From positions 1-64,000 of the forward strand of contig MCFE01000001.1 of assembly GCA_002104905.1 (NCBI GenBank): 64,000 nucleotides of DNA, written 5' to 3'. The position numbers and the translations under genes are program-made. The notes below the pieces were generated by a model. That model made no database searches and had not been told where the DNA came from. It saw only the letters and a list, made by a program, of their open reading frames with translations. Below, piece after piece: positions 14,354 to 25,782 of this stretch; the stretch's first letter is position 1; each line of letters begins with the position of its first letter. The stretch comes from Basidiobolus meristosporus CBS 931.73 (taxonomy: Eukaryota; Fungi; Basidiobolomycota).

Positions 14354-14425
14354 TGCCTACTGCCAGGATTGAACTGGCGACCTTCAGTTTACGAGACTGA
14401 CGCGCTACCACTGCGCTAAGCAGGC
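14354..14425 (-). tRNA. tRNA-Thr(CGT)
   Basis: Cloverleaf: acceptor GCCTGCT/AGTAGGC, D arm GCGC-AGTGGTA-GCGC, anticodon arm TCAGT-CTCGTAA-ACTGA, T arm GCCAG-TTCAATC-CTGGC. TTTT follows. Confidence 0.95.
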
Positions 14426-14599
14426 CAATGTCCGAGGTGTGTAAACTTTGAAAATCATATTATTAACTAACTATGTTCAGCTTGAGGAGGTCAACTACTC
14501 TTGGATATATGTGGGAAGGAGAAGCTTAGAATAGTACCTTTGATTTATGCCTTTATCATTATTGGAAATCCGGTTCTTAGAGTATTCTGATGTATCTGG

Positions 14600-15448
14600 T
14601 TAAATAGATTTTCTTTCAATGAAACCTGGTGAAGTGTGGGCAGAAATTTCATTATTTACTGCACCCAACAAGGAATTTGGTCAGAGTTCTCTAAGATTTT
14701 TAGATTATGATCTAAGTATCTAACTTGAGTGAATATTTACGTGAAGTTGCAAAATTTGCATTTGGTTATATTGTTTCACCAGGTGATTTATTGAGAATAT
14801 TGGTAGTATTTGTACTTAACATGGTCCTGAAACTATAAGCTCATACAATGTGCTTGCAAGCACCCCCAAACAAAATTTGGGGACTTTTGGACAACTCAGA
14901 AGTTTCTGTTGTAGAGTCTTGGAGATATTGGAAGTGATTGGGAGAACAAGTAGATTATGTGGTTTTCACTTGATGATTTATTGAATGTAAAAGTAGTATT
15001 TATACTTTTACATGATCTTGGCATAACAAACATGTAGAATAGGCTTAGGAAGGTCCAAAGAGCGTGTGTGCAAAGTTTGGGGCTTCTTGGACAGCTTATC
15101 TAATTTTCAGGTTCTGGGTGTTGTAAGAGTCTTGGAGATATTGGAAGTGATTTGGAGAACAAGTAGATTATGAGGTTTTCACTTAATGATTTATTGAATG
15201 TAAAAGTAGTATTTTTACTTTTACCTGGTCTTGGCATTACAAACACGTAGAATAGGTTAAGGAGGGTCCCAAGAACATGTGTGCAAAGTTTGGGCTGTTT
15301 GGACAACTTATCTAATTTTCATGTTCTGGGTAAATATTCTAAGTAGATCCCAACAAGGAATTTGGTCAGTATTCTCTAGGATTTGAGGGTAATGATCTAA
15401 GTGACTAAGTTAGGCAAATATTTAGGTGGAAATACAAATTTTACAACA
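14600..15448 (-). mobile_element. Stack of three LTR1 copies: partial ~14600-14810, partial 14907-15118, complete 15119-15448
   Basis: TGTTGTA(A)GAGTCTTGG at 14907 and 15119 and TTTTACAACA ending 15448; body matches 44673-45021. Confidence 0.85.
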
Positions 15449-16359
15449 GTCTCATGTTCTTGGCTCTTGCCATTTTATTTGGAGTATAAAAGCTACAAAT
15501 AATAACACTCAGAAGTTATGATCCAGGTGAGCCAGTTTGTGTAGTATTCATGTGCAATTACAAATTTTACAACAAAAGTGGCCTTGATGAACTCTCAGCA
15601 TTATGGCTAAGCAGCAAGATAGTAAATTATGTACAATTATGCAGATTTCACTTTATAAATCATTGCATACGGAAGTAATGCCAGTACTTTTTCAGGCAAG
15701 TAAACTAGATTATGTCAGGGAAGGAGCCAAAGCACCTGTGTACAATTTGGGGACTTTTGGACATGTTGAATACACAGATATTTGACCTGAGGCGGGGTAT
15801 AATAAAGGTCAAAGACTAAGTTGATGTAAATACTTTGGTATCAGTACACACATTGATGGCTTTGGCAAACTAATTCAACCATATCAAACGGGTACTAAAG
15901 GTCCAATAATTCCAAGGCCTCCAATCTCGACTGATAGATTCAGGTGGCTAATATCTCAGAGCACTGTATTCTGCAATAGAAGAATTTTGTTCAATTACTA
16001 ACCTTGCATCATCTTATATATTGTTACACATAGGCAACCGCAGTGCTAGTTGAAACCCAATCTCTGTGCCGCAATCCCAGAGCGTATATGGTGATTGATT
16101 AGAAATGATTCTCCATACGGTGGAGTAAGACCCTACAATAGTGAGCCTATACGTGTTCTTCCAATTGAACAACATGCGTGAGAAAATTGGGATTTTTTGT
16201 AATTGTTGATTCAACAACTTAAACACCGCTAAATTCCGCAGATAAAAGATAAATTCGGTTTAATCCTAAATCTTCATATAGGAGATTAAATTTAATCATT
16301 ATTCAAAGTAACGTGATTTAGCATGAAATCACTTTTTTTTAATGTGCTCATCCACATAG

Positions 16360-19300
16360 ATGGGGGCTGATAACTTGGAAGCCAACTTATCTGTCATGTC
16401 GGATATTGATATTGATGCACAAATCAAGGCACAACAAGCCGAACGTGAGGCTCGTTTGAAAGAGCAAAAACAATCCACACAGGCTTCCTTGGTCGGCGAC
16501 ATCGCATATGACACCGATCTCTATGGTAGTTCTAATAAATACGCTGGCTACGAAACCAGTCTTCCAGTGAATGAGATAGACGACGAAGAACAAGTAAGAA
16601 AACCAAAAAGTCTTTTATCTTCATACACAGCACCTAAAGAGATCTATGAAGAATTAGCTGGCGTTGGGGACGATGAAACCGATCCTTTCGAGGGTCGCAA
16701 CGGCAGCAAAAAAATTGTTGATCGTGAGGATGAGTACCATGCTCGCAGGTTCAATCGCGCTCTCTCTCCAGAGCGCATTGATGCCTTTTCCACCAATGGA
16801 AATACCAACTCGGAAGCTAGAAGCTACGCGGAAGCTATGAAGCAGGTGGAGCTGGAAAAAGAGGAACAAAGAGTGAGGAGGAAAATCGCGGAGAAGGGGA
16901 AAGAAGCGGAGGCCAATGGCCAAGAGATTGAGCCCCAACAGCCTGCTAAAAGAAGACGTTGGGATGTTGATGCACCAAGCAACGAGTCTCGTTCCGAGTG
17001 GGAAAAGCCAGATGAGGAAGAGAAGACTGAACCCAAAAAAAGCAAATGGGACGAAACCCCACGCGAGAGCACGCGCAGAAAGAACCGCTGGGACGAGACT
17101 CCAGTCAGCAATGCCTGGGATGCCACACCACAGTCCAGCGTTGCTGATACGCCCAGCGGTAAACGTAGATCTCGCTGGGATGAGACTCCAGTCAATGCCA
17201 ACGCCTTTGGCGCCACCCCAGTTGGCAGCTATGGAATGATGACTCCTACACCAAATCAACTTGCTCAGCCCATGACTCCGGAGGCGATGAATGCGATGAG
17301 ATGGGAGAAAGAAATCGACTCCAGGAATCGGCCATTGTCCGACGAGGAGCTAGATGCCATGTTCCCCACCAGCGGCTATAAGATCTTGGACCCCCCGCCA
17401 AGCTATGTTCCTATCCGAACACCTGCACGCAAGCTGACTGCCACACCCAGCCCAATGGTTGGAATGAGCGGATTCATGATGCAAGAGGAGGACAGAAGCC
17501 AAACATACGATCTGCCCACCGAGATTCCAGGGGTTGGAAATCTCCCCTTCTTCAAACAAGAGGACATGCAGCACTTCGGAAAGCTGCTGGACAATGCTGA
17601 CGAGAACGAATTGTCGGTCGAGGAGCTCAAAGAGAGAAAGATCATGCGCCTGCTGTTGAAGATCAAGAACGGCACCCCGCCCATGCGTAAAGCAGCGCTC
17701 CGCCAGATCACCGACAAAGCACGCGAGTTCGGTGCCGGCCCGCTCTTCAACCAAATCCTTCCTCTACTCATGTCACCTACCCTTGAAGACCAAGAGCGCC
17801 ATCTTCTGGTGAAAGTCATTGATCGCATCCTTTATAAATTGGATGATCTTGTCAGACCCTTTGTCCACAAGATCCTTGTGGTCATCGAGCCACTTCTGAT
17901 CGATGAAGACTACTACGCCCGAGTGGAAGGTAGAGAAATCATCAGCAATCTTAGCAAGGCCGCAGGATTGGCGACCATGATTGCAACCATGAGACCGGAC
18001 ATTGATCACGTCGATGAGTATGTTCGTAACACCACGGCCCGTGCGTTCTCGGTGGTGGCATCGGCACTCGGAATCCCAGCGCTGCTGCCCTTCTTGAAGG
18101 CGGTCTGCAAGTCCAAGAAATCCTGGCAAGCCCGCCACACCGGTATCAAGATTGTCCAGCAAATCGCCATCCTTTTGGGCTGCGCGATTCTTCCTCACCT
18201 CAAGAGCCTGGTTGACATCATCGCCCATGGTCTTGAGGATGAACAGCAGAAGGTGCGCACCATTGCCTCGTTGGCCATCGCTGCTTTGGCTGAGTCCGCC
18301 GCACCATACGGTATCGAGTCCTTCGATTCTGTTCTCAAGCCACTTTGGACTGGCATTCGCAAGCACCGAGGCAAGGGACTTGCTGCGTTCTTGAAGGCCA
18401 TCGGGTACATCATCCCGTTGATGGACGCCGAGTACGCCAACTACTACACCAAGGAGGTGATGATCATCTTGATCCGAGAGTTCCAGTCACCCGACGAGGA
18501 GATGAAGAAGATCGTCCTCAAGGTCATCAAGCAATGTGCTTCCACCGACGGTGTAGAGGCCCGCTACATCAAAGAAGAGATCCTCCCCGAGTTCTTCAAG
18601 AACTTCTGGGTCAGAAGAATGGCCCTGGACAGACGCAACTACAAGCAGCTAGTGGAGACCACGGTTGAGCTGGCACAGAAGGTAGGGGTGACCGAGATCG
18701 TGGGCCGCATTGTCGAGGACCTCAAGGATGAGTCGGAGCCCTACAGAAAGATGGTCATGGAGGCGATCGAGAAGGTGATTAGCGCGCTGGGTGCTGCGGA
18801 TATCGACACCCGCCTGGAGGAGATCTTGATCGATGGTATTCTCTACGCCTTCCAAGAACAAACGGTGGAGGATGTTGTGATGTTGAACGGATTCGGCACG
18901 GTGGTCAATGCATTGGGAATGCGCGTTCAGCTCTATCTTCAGCAGATCTGTTCCACCATCCTCTGGCGTTTGAACAACAAATCCGCCAAGGTTCGCCAAC
19001 AAGCAGCAGATCTGATTTCCCGTATCGCGGTGGTGATGAAGACGTGCGGTGAAGAGAAGCTGATGGGACAGCTTGGTATCGTGCTGTACGAATATCTCGG
19101 TGAAGAGTACCCCGAAGTACTCGGCTCCATCCTCGGCGCACTCAAGTCCATCGTGAATGTGATTGGAATGTCAAGCATGACTCCACCTATCAAGGATCTC
19201 CTTCCCCGCCTCACGCCCATTCTGAGAAACAGACACGAGAAAGTGCAGGAGAACTGCATTGATCTGGTTGGCCGTATTGCGGATAGGGGGGCGGAGTTTG

Positions 19301-20067
19301 TTAGTGCGCGTGAATGGATGCGTATCTGCTTCGAACTGTTGGATCTACTGAAGGCACACAAGAAAGGAATTCGTAGAGCCGCTGTCAACACATTCGGCTA
19401 CATTGCCAAGGCCATTGGACCGCAAGATGTGTTGGCCACATTGCTGAACAACCTGAAGGTCCAAGAGCGCCAGAACCGTGTGTGCACCACGGTCGCCATC
19501 GCCATTGTTTCGGAGACCTGCGCGCCGTTCACCGTGCTGCCCGCGCTGATGAACGAATACAGAGTCCCGGAGCTGAATGTGCAAAACGGAGTGTTGAAGT
19601 CCCTCTCGTGGGTGTTCGAATATATCGGTGAGATGGGCAAGGATTACATTTACGCCGTTACACCACTGCTTGAGGATGCATTGATGGATCGAGATCTTGT
19701 CCATCGTCAGACCGCCTGTACCACCGTCAAGCACATGGCGCTGGGTGCATACGGTTTGGGCTGCGAGGATGCGCTCCTTCACCTGCTCAACTACGTGTGG
19801 CCCAACGTGTTCGAAACCTCCCCACACGTTATCAACGCAGTCATGGAAGCCATCGATGGCCTCAGGGTAGCTTTGGGACCCGCCATCATTCTTCAGTACG
19901 TTCTCCAGGGACTCTTCCACCCAGCCAGAAAGGTCCGCGAGATCTACTGGAAGATCTACAACAACGTGTACATCGGTGCACAAGATGCCCTGGTGCCGTT
20001 CTATCCCACCATCGAGGATGACTCGAGAAACCGTTATCAACGTCACGAGATGGACTATTTCCTATAA
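16360..20067 (+). CDS. SF3B1: U2 snRNP splicing factor 3B subunit 1 (SF3b155/HSH155), single exon; start may be the second Met at 16396
   Basis: RWDETP ULM repeats and conserved HEAT repeats ([48 protein letters not shown]). Confidence 0.98.
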   Translation: MGADNLEANLSVMSDIDIDAQIKAQQAEREARLKEQKQSTQASLVGDIAYDTDLYGSSNKYAGYETSLPVNEIDDEEQVRKPKSLLSSYTAPKEIYEELAGVGDDETDPFEGRNGSKKIVDREDEYHARRFNRALSPERIDAFSTNGNTNSEARSYAEAMKQVELEKEEQRVRRKIAEKGKEAEANGQEIEPQQPAKRRRWDVDAPSNESRSEWEKPDEEEKTEPKKSKWDETPRESTRRKNRWDETPVSNAWDATPQSSVADTPSGKRRSRWDETPVNANAFGATPVGSYGMMTPTPNQLAQPMTPEAMNAMRWEKEIDSRNRPLSDEELDAMFPTSGYKILDPPPSYVPIRTPARKLTATPSPMVGMSGFMMQEEDRSQTYDLPTEIPGVGNLPFFKQEDMQHFGKLLDNADENELSVEELKERKIMRLLLKIKNGTPPMRKAALRQITDKAREFGAGPLFNQILPLLMSPTLEDQERHLLVKVIDRILYKLDDLVRPFVHKILVVIEPLLIDEDYYARVEGREIISNLSKAAGLATMIATMRPDIDHVDEYVRNTTARAFSVVASALGIPALLPFLKAVCKSKKSWQARHTGIKIVQQIAILLGCAILPHLKSLVDIIAHGLEDEQQKVRTIASLAIAALAESAAPYGIESFDSVLKPLWTGIRKHRGKGLAAFLKAIGYIIPLMDAEYANYYTKEVMIILIREFQSPDEEMKKIVLKVIKQCASTDGVEARYIKEEILPEFFKNFWVRRMALDRRNYKQLVETTVELAQKVGVTEIVGRIVEDLKDESEPYRKMVMEAIEKVISALGAADIDTRLEEILIDGILYAFQEQTVEDVVMLNGFGTVVNALGMRVQLYLQQICSTILWRLNNKSAKVRQQAADLISRIAVVMKTCGEEKLMGQLGIVLYEYLGEEYPEVLGSILGALKSIVNVIGMSSMTPPIKDLLPRLTPILRNRHEKVQENCIDLVGRIADRGAEFVSAREWMRICFELLDLLKAHKKGIRRAAVNTFGYIAKAIGPQDVLATLLNNLKVQERQNRVCTTVAIAIVSETCAPFTVLPALMNEYRVPELNVQNGVLKSLSWVFEYIGEMGKDYIYAVTPLLEDALMDRDLVHRQTACTTVKHMALGAYGLGCEDALLHLLNYVWPNVFETSPHVINAVMEAIDGLRVALGPAIILQYVLQGLFHPARKVREIYWKIYNNVYIGAQDALVPFYPTIEDDSRNRYQRHEMDYFL

Positions 20068-20940
20068 ATGTCGGTGGACTGTACTATTTCTATCCTTCTT
20101 TTCCTTTCCCTTCCTTCCCTCCCCATCCACCTTTTGAGTTAATAAAGTCGCTTATCATTTGCCCAATCGATCAATCACCAACCTCCCCACATTTCCATCT
20201 ATGTCCGAACCATCATGATTGCGATATGACGCAATGAACCAGGATGCCGTGGATAAACATACAAACGCGAACCTTATCAGCCCACAATCCGAATACCATA
20301 TCTGATCTATTGAGTACATTACCTGGACATTTCCTATGCCGGATTTACGCGATGCTTGAGCGCATGAGAAAGGACATCTAGGGAAACAGAGGGAAGAGGC
20401 TAGAAATAGCACAACACTAGAACGTCAACACTAGAACTGACTAGAACAACAGTACTAGAACCGCAATGCTAGACCATCCAGTCGAGGCTTCGGCATAACG
20501 ATGCCTCGTGCGATCCGCCCGAAGTTCCGTTCCTCTCACTACGAAAAAAATAAGCAATCAGCAGATTACTAATTCGAGGCAACCTCATACGAGGCAACCT
20601 CATAATCACTTTCATGGAAGTCGGTCGTGTTTGTATGTGGACTAGCTTAAGTATAGGAATAAAGGCTTTCCACTGGGTTGGCCGGATTTGGCAGGTGGTG
20701 ATCCATGGAACCTTCGGTGGAGATAACTGCGGTTTCCGAACTACCGAGTATTGACAATATCAGGGATGAGGCATTTAAAAGCGTGCGAGCGACACGCTGG
20801 ATGGGGGCGAAAAAATGATGGCAGATACGGGATGATCGATATATTTGGAAATTCGGATTTTCCAGTCGTGGTGTCAGTGGATGTTATAAAACCGCCGTCT
20901 CCCTGCGCTGATCCCCTCGTCACTTTCCCCCTAATTTTTA

Positions 20941-22062
20941 ATGATCAACCTTGGGTCACTAATCAAGGCCTACACAAAGGCCTACATAAAGGCCTACTAT
21001 CGATTCTTCGATGGATTGGCGCACTACCTATCCCTCATCGAGATCCCATTTCTCTGCCTAGTAACCATCCCCTTCATCATATGGAACTCCATCCACTGGT
21101 CCATCAAGCTGGCGATCTTCGGCATCGGCGCTAGCTCCTACTATTTCATACCCCGCTCCCGGGCGATCATTCGACCTGCACTGCCCGTGTTCGCGTGGCT
21201 CTCATTATTCATCACTTGCGGGGACATCCCCACCGAGCTTCGTCCCGGGATTAACGTCACTTTCCTTCCTCGTACCGAGCAGCTTCTGTTCGGCGGGAAC
21301 CTGTCGGATGTGCTGGCCAGCAACACCGCCGATTGGAAAGACATCCTGGCATGGATCGTGTACGGGGTGTTGCACTTCGTCAACGGGTTCATCGCCGTCC
21401 CCATGATGTATTTCCTCGGACCCAAGGGGACCCTGCCCAAGTTCGCTCGGGCCTACGGATACATGAATCTGGCCGGAGTCATCACCCAACTTCTCATCCC
21501 CACCGCATCCCCCTGGTATCTTTACCTGTACGGACTCGAGCCCGCCACCTACGCCATCCACGGTGAGCCTGGAGGCTTGGCCCGGATCGATCGCATCCTC
21601 AACCTCAACCTCTACAGCAACGCATTCAGCAACTCTCCCTTGGTCTTCGGCGCCTTCCCAAGTCTTCACAGCGGTTGCGCCGTGATGATCAACCTGTTCC
21701 TGGGCCACATCAAGCCCTATCTGATCCCCTTCAACTTCCTCTACATCGTGTGGATCTGGTGGGCGTGTCTCTACTTCCGCCACCACTACCTCATCGACCT
21801 CATCGGGGGATTCGTATACGCCTTCGTCTGCTTCCTGATCGTGTACAAGGGACGTATCGCGCCCCAGTGGGACGGCCCGGTCAAGGGAACCCCGGAGCTG
21901 CTCCCCACCCACAACGACTATGTCGCCTTGGACAACGCCAGCGAGGTGTTCTCGGACTTGGACATGGAGGATGCCCCCGAGATGGTCATCTCGGTGGATG
22001 CTCCCACCATGGTTCATTTCGACGAGAAGTCCCAGATAGATCTTATTTACACTTCCATTTAA
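20941..22062 (+). CDS. AUR1: Inositol phosphorylceramide synthase catalytic subunit (Aur1/Ipt1-like, PAP2 superfamily), single exon
   Basis: Multi-pass membrane protein with PTASPWY, GEPGGLARID, AFPSLHSG and YFRHHYLIDL motifs. Confidence 0.88.
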   Translation: MINLGSLIKAYTKAYIKAYYRFFDGLAHYLSLIEIPFLCLVTIPFIIWNSIHWSIKLAIFGIGASSYYFIPRSRAIIRPALPVFAWLSLFITCGDIPTELRPGINVTFLPRTEQLLFGGNLSDVLASNTADWKDILAWIVYGVLHFVNGFIAVPMMYFLGPKGTLPKFARAYGYMNLAGVITQLLIPTASPWYLYLYGLEPATYAIHGEPGGLARIDRILNLNLYSNAFSNSPLVFGAFPSLHSGCAVMINLFLGHIKPYLIPFNFLYIVWIWWACLYFRHHYLIDLIGGFVYAFVCFLIVYKGRIAPQWDGPVKGTPELLPTHNDYVALDNASEVFSDLDMEDAPEMVISVDAPTMVHFDEKSQIDLIYTSI

Positions 22063-22872
22063 TCCAATCAACCATCCCCATCCCCATTCCCAGCCCCAAC
22101 TCCATACCCGTTCCTTCCATGTATATACGTAGTAGACTTTATTAATGCTAATCCGATAAAACCATCCTTCCTGTCTCCTAATAAACTGTGACAATCCCTG
22201 ATTTGGCGACTCTTCCTGGGCTGGATTAAGCGGTGACCATGGAAATGACGGGGGCGCTGTGCCGTGGCATTGTTTAGGCTATCTGATGAATCCGGAAATG
22301 TCAGATTGTCCCGGATATTGAAAGAAATGGATTTGTTGGTGGGAAACACTTCAACCTGCAGCGTCATGGCTGGTCCTGACGAAATGGATTGGAGGGTATG
22401 GCCCATATCATGTTCACTGTACACCGCGGTTACGAATTCGTTTAGCATCGAATGGATTCCGGATTCAAGAGTCATGTCACCAAGAGCAACACAAAGCGTT
22501 AATTGCCAGTGGTCGTCCGGGGGGGGGGATTGTCCTTAAGGGTGGTGGGCATGATATCGATGCCTGCCCAGTGCCGAGCCGTTAAAGAGAATGGCTTCTC
22601 GAGAGTGGGAAGTGGCCGTGTAGAGCCGGAGTGGTGGTGATTGTAGAACAGTGTCTTGGCGTAGGGCAGGAATCCATTCAACCCAGTGTTGGTGTCTACT
22701 GGATTGTCTTTCGCTTTGCATCACTGAACATTTATTATGTTGCTTGTCAGTTGTTTCCATGTCGTTGTCCACATTTTCCTTGTTCTTATTGAACCGTAAC
22801 CGTGTTTTGCTCGTATGATTGTATTTTGGCTCAACCTTGGTGGCTTCTTTACCCCTGAATCGAAAAGAGAAG

Positions 22873-22945
22873 GGTCCTGTAGCTCAGTGGAAAGAGTGTC
22901 TCCCTCCGGAGGAGAAAGTCGTGGGTTCGACCCCCACCTGGATCG
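22873..22945 (+). tRNA. tRNA-Arg(CCG)
   Basis: Cloverleaf with anticodon arm TCTCC-CTCCGGA-GGAGA and T arm GTGGG-TTCGACC-CCCAC. One T:T mismatch in the acceptor stem. TTTTTT terminator follows. Confidence 0.93.
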
Positions 22946-23156
22946 ATCTTTTTGTTGGGTTGTACGAACGATGATGCCTAGATAAATTAATCTCCTGGGC
23001 GCTAAGCAATGTTTTAGGGCAGAATAAGCGCATCTGTTCCGCATTCCATCAAGATCAAAATTTACCAATCATCAGGTGATTCATCACCAGGTACTTTCTT
23101 TGCCAAAGCAACTTCGACCACCAGTTGCCGCACTTGACAACACCCATAGCAAAGCC

Positions 23157-24875
23157 ATGGGTTCATACAAGAGTTACGTATTGACCTTTTCTTGGGCAGT
23201 GTACCTGTTCGAGACCTATCTAAGGTAGGCCCCCGTCAATTGATTCACCCCCGCCCTTACCATACTGCGTTTTCTAACCGTTGGACGAACCGCAGCTATC
23301 GCCAGCATTGCAAGCTTCAGGAGCCACGGAGGCCGAAGGCCATCGAGGGGATAGTGACCGAGGAGGAGTTCGAGAAAGCCAGACAGTACGGCTTAGACAA
23401 GTCCCGGTTCGGATTCCTCTCCAGCACGTGGTCCCAACTAGAAAACTCCCTCCTCATCCAGTACGAGTTCCTGGCGTGGGCGTGGGGAGTGGCCGGTAGC
23501 CTGATCGGGTACTTCGGGTACGGCAGCGAATACGAGGTCAGTAGTTTCCAGTCTGTTGCGAGGTATTTTCCTCTTTGGTGACCTCATTCCCCCCTCCCTC
23601 CCTCCCTGCCCGCCAGATCTTCCAATCGGTGTTTTTCTTTGTGATCATTTCGTTGGTGGGCTCCCTTACCTCCCTTCCCTTCAGCTTGTACAGCACTTTC
23701 GTGATCGAGCAACGCCACGGGTTCAACAAGCAGACGTACCGGTTGTTCTTCGAGGATCTTCTCAAAGGGTACCTCGTCGGTGGGGCCATCGGGATCCCAC
23801 TGATCAGTGTCTTCTTGTGGATTGTCAAGTCCACCGGGGAGCAGTTCTATTACTACGTCTGGGTATTCATGTAAGTAGTCGAGAGTTTGGGTCTACCCCT
23901 CGGTCTCCCCGTACTAAACGCCGCCACCACCACCACCACCACCCGACAGGTTGCTGTTCCAGGTCCTCATGATCACCATCTATCCCACCTACATCCAGCC
24001 CTTGTTCAACACCTTCACCCCGCTCCCCGAGAACGAGCTGAGAAAGGATATCGAAGGGTTGGCCAAGCGGATCGAGTTCCCCCTCACCCAGCTGTACGTG
24101 ATCGACGGTAGCAAACGCTCTAGCCACAGCAACGCCTACTTCTACGGGTTCTTCAAGAACAAGCGGATCGTGCTGTTCGACACCCTCCTCGAGGACTCCA
24201 CGAACCCGGAGATCTGCGCGGTGCTGGGCCACGAGCTGGGCCACTGGAAGCTCAACCACGTGTTCAAGCTGTTCACCATCTCCCAGGTCCACCTGTTCTT
24301 CCTCTTCTACCTGTTCTCCAAGTTCATCGCCAACCGCGCCCTCTACCTCGACTTCGGTTTCTCCGACACTCCTACCCTGGTCGGCCTCATGCTCTTCAGC
24401 TACATCTTCTCCCCCGTCGAAAGCGTGCTCGGGTTCTGTATGAACGTCTTGAGCAGAATGCACGAGTTCCAAGCAGGTAATTCCTCCCTTCCACCTCCGC
24501 ACATTTCATCTTGTTACGGAGATCGTTGGTGTCGGGGATGCTGGTGGAAATGTCCAGGTCAAGGAGGATACCGATATTTATGTCCACAGCCACAGCCACA
24601 TCCACCCACCTCGCCAACCATTCGTATCATAACATCCCTTCCAACCTCCGCTTCCACCTCCACCTCCACCTCCACTTCAAACGTAACCCTAACCATCCAT
24701 CGCAGATGCATTCGCGGAGAAGCTGGGCTACGCCGAGCAACTGAAATCCGGCCTCATCAAGCTCCACACGAAGAACAAGGGGAACATGAACCCGGACGTG
24801 TGGTACTCCACCTACCACTACTCCCATCCACCTCTCGTGGAACGTCTAAACGCACTCGGGATCAAGCAGGAATAA
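23157..24875 (+). CDS. STE24: CAAX prenyl protease 1 (peptidase M48); 5 exons 23157-23224, 23296-23536, 23617-23870, 23950-24476, 24706-24875
   Basis: [18 protein letters not shown], the zinc motif HELGH, HEFQADAFA across the last intron and [12 protein letters not shown]. Canonical introns. Confidence 0.95.
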
Positions 24876-25157
24876 TCCTGGTCACACACGTTTATTCCCC
24901 ACGAACAAAAATCCAAATAAACCCTTTCGTTTTCGACGACTTCGGAGTGAACGGGAAGGAGGGGGCTCTAGAGTGAGGTGAGGGTGGGATGGGGTGGGGT
25001 GGGGTGAAGTGAAGAGGAATGGGGCGAGGCGAGGGGAAGGGAGGGGAAAAGAAAAACCAAACTGGTGGAGAGAATTAACCAGTCTGTATAACGGAGGGCA
25101 AAGCTTCCACCAAGGGAGAGGGGCGTTGTCGGTAGGAAGAAGCGGCCGGGCTTGGGT

Positions 25158-25507
25158 TCACCGTGGGTACCACTCTTCGAATCTCCACCTGAACGCGATC
25201 CCCTCGACCACCTTCTTCAGCGCTATCGGTTGTTTCAGGGTTTTCTGCTCCACCACCAGACCTCGGTGGATGGCTTGCAACTCCTTGGAGACGAGTTCGG
25301 TCGGGATGACCGTCCAGTCGTCGTCTTCCGGCTTGGCCTCCCTTGGGTAGGCGACTCCGGTCCATTCGCTTCTCAGCTTATTGAAGTGGGCTTCCCCGAT
25401 GTCAGGTGTGGCATGGGGGGTGGGCGGTTCTGCGGTACGGGTATGAGTATGGGTGGGGTGTGGGTGTGGGTATCGTCGAGGGTAGCGACAGGTACAGAGG
25501 TGGACAT
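25158..25507 (-). CDS. Small DUF4050/Gag1-clamp-like protein; the ATG is one base out of frame with the conserved part
   Basis: One frame reads GEAHFNKLRSEWTG...IHRGLVVEQKTLKQPIALKKVVEGIAFRW, which resembles DUF4050 from recall. The ATG-to-stop span is 350 nt. Confidence 0.55.
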
Positions 25508-25782
25508 CCTCGAAAGTATCCCCGTTCGGAAAGGGGAAAAGATGCGCAGGGCCCCGATAAATAGATCCCGTGAGTCGAGGGAAAAAAATTGGTGATCAGA
25601 TGGAACTTCGTTGGAACAGGTTTATTTCAATGCCGATTATTAAAAAAAGGGGGAATATGTAGGTCTAACATGGACAGGTCTGTATGCTATTGGTGCGGTG
25701 GTGGGGAAGGGGTCTGGAGGTGGTCGAGCGAGCCGCTGCGTTTGTGTGGATTTACATGTGGCTCGCGACCTACCCAAGCTAT

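Noticed and set aside
20705-20750. GGAACCTTCGGTGG resembles the fungal RNase P RNA CR-I motif
   Set aside because: Its complement lies ~25 nt away as a local hairpin rather than hundreds of nt away as P4 requires; kept only as an unassigned structure.
20965-21000. 12-nt triplicate AAGGCCTAC(A) in AUR1
   Set aside because: Simple in-frame KAYT/KAYI/KAYY coding repeat in a variable N-terminus; not a CRISPR array or mobile feature.
24684-24695. TAACCCTAACC, telomerase-template-like
   Set aside because: Coincides with the intron branch point (CTAAC) just before the 3' splice site.
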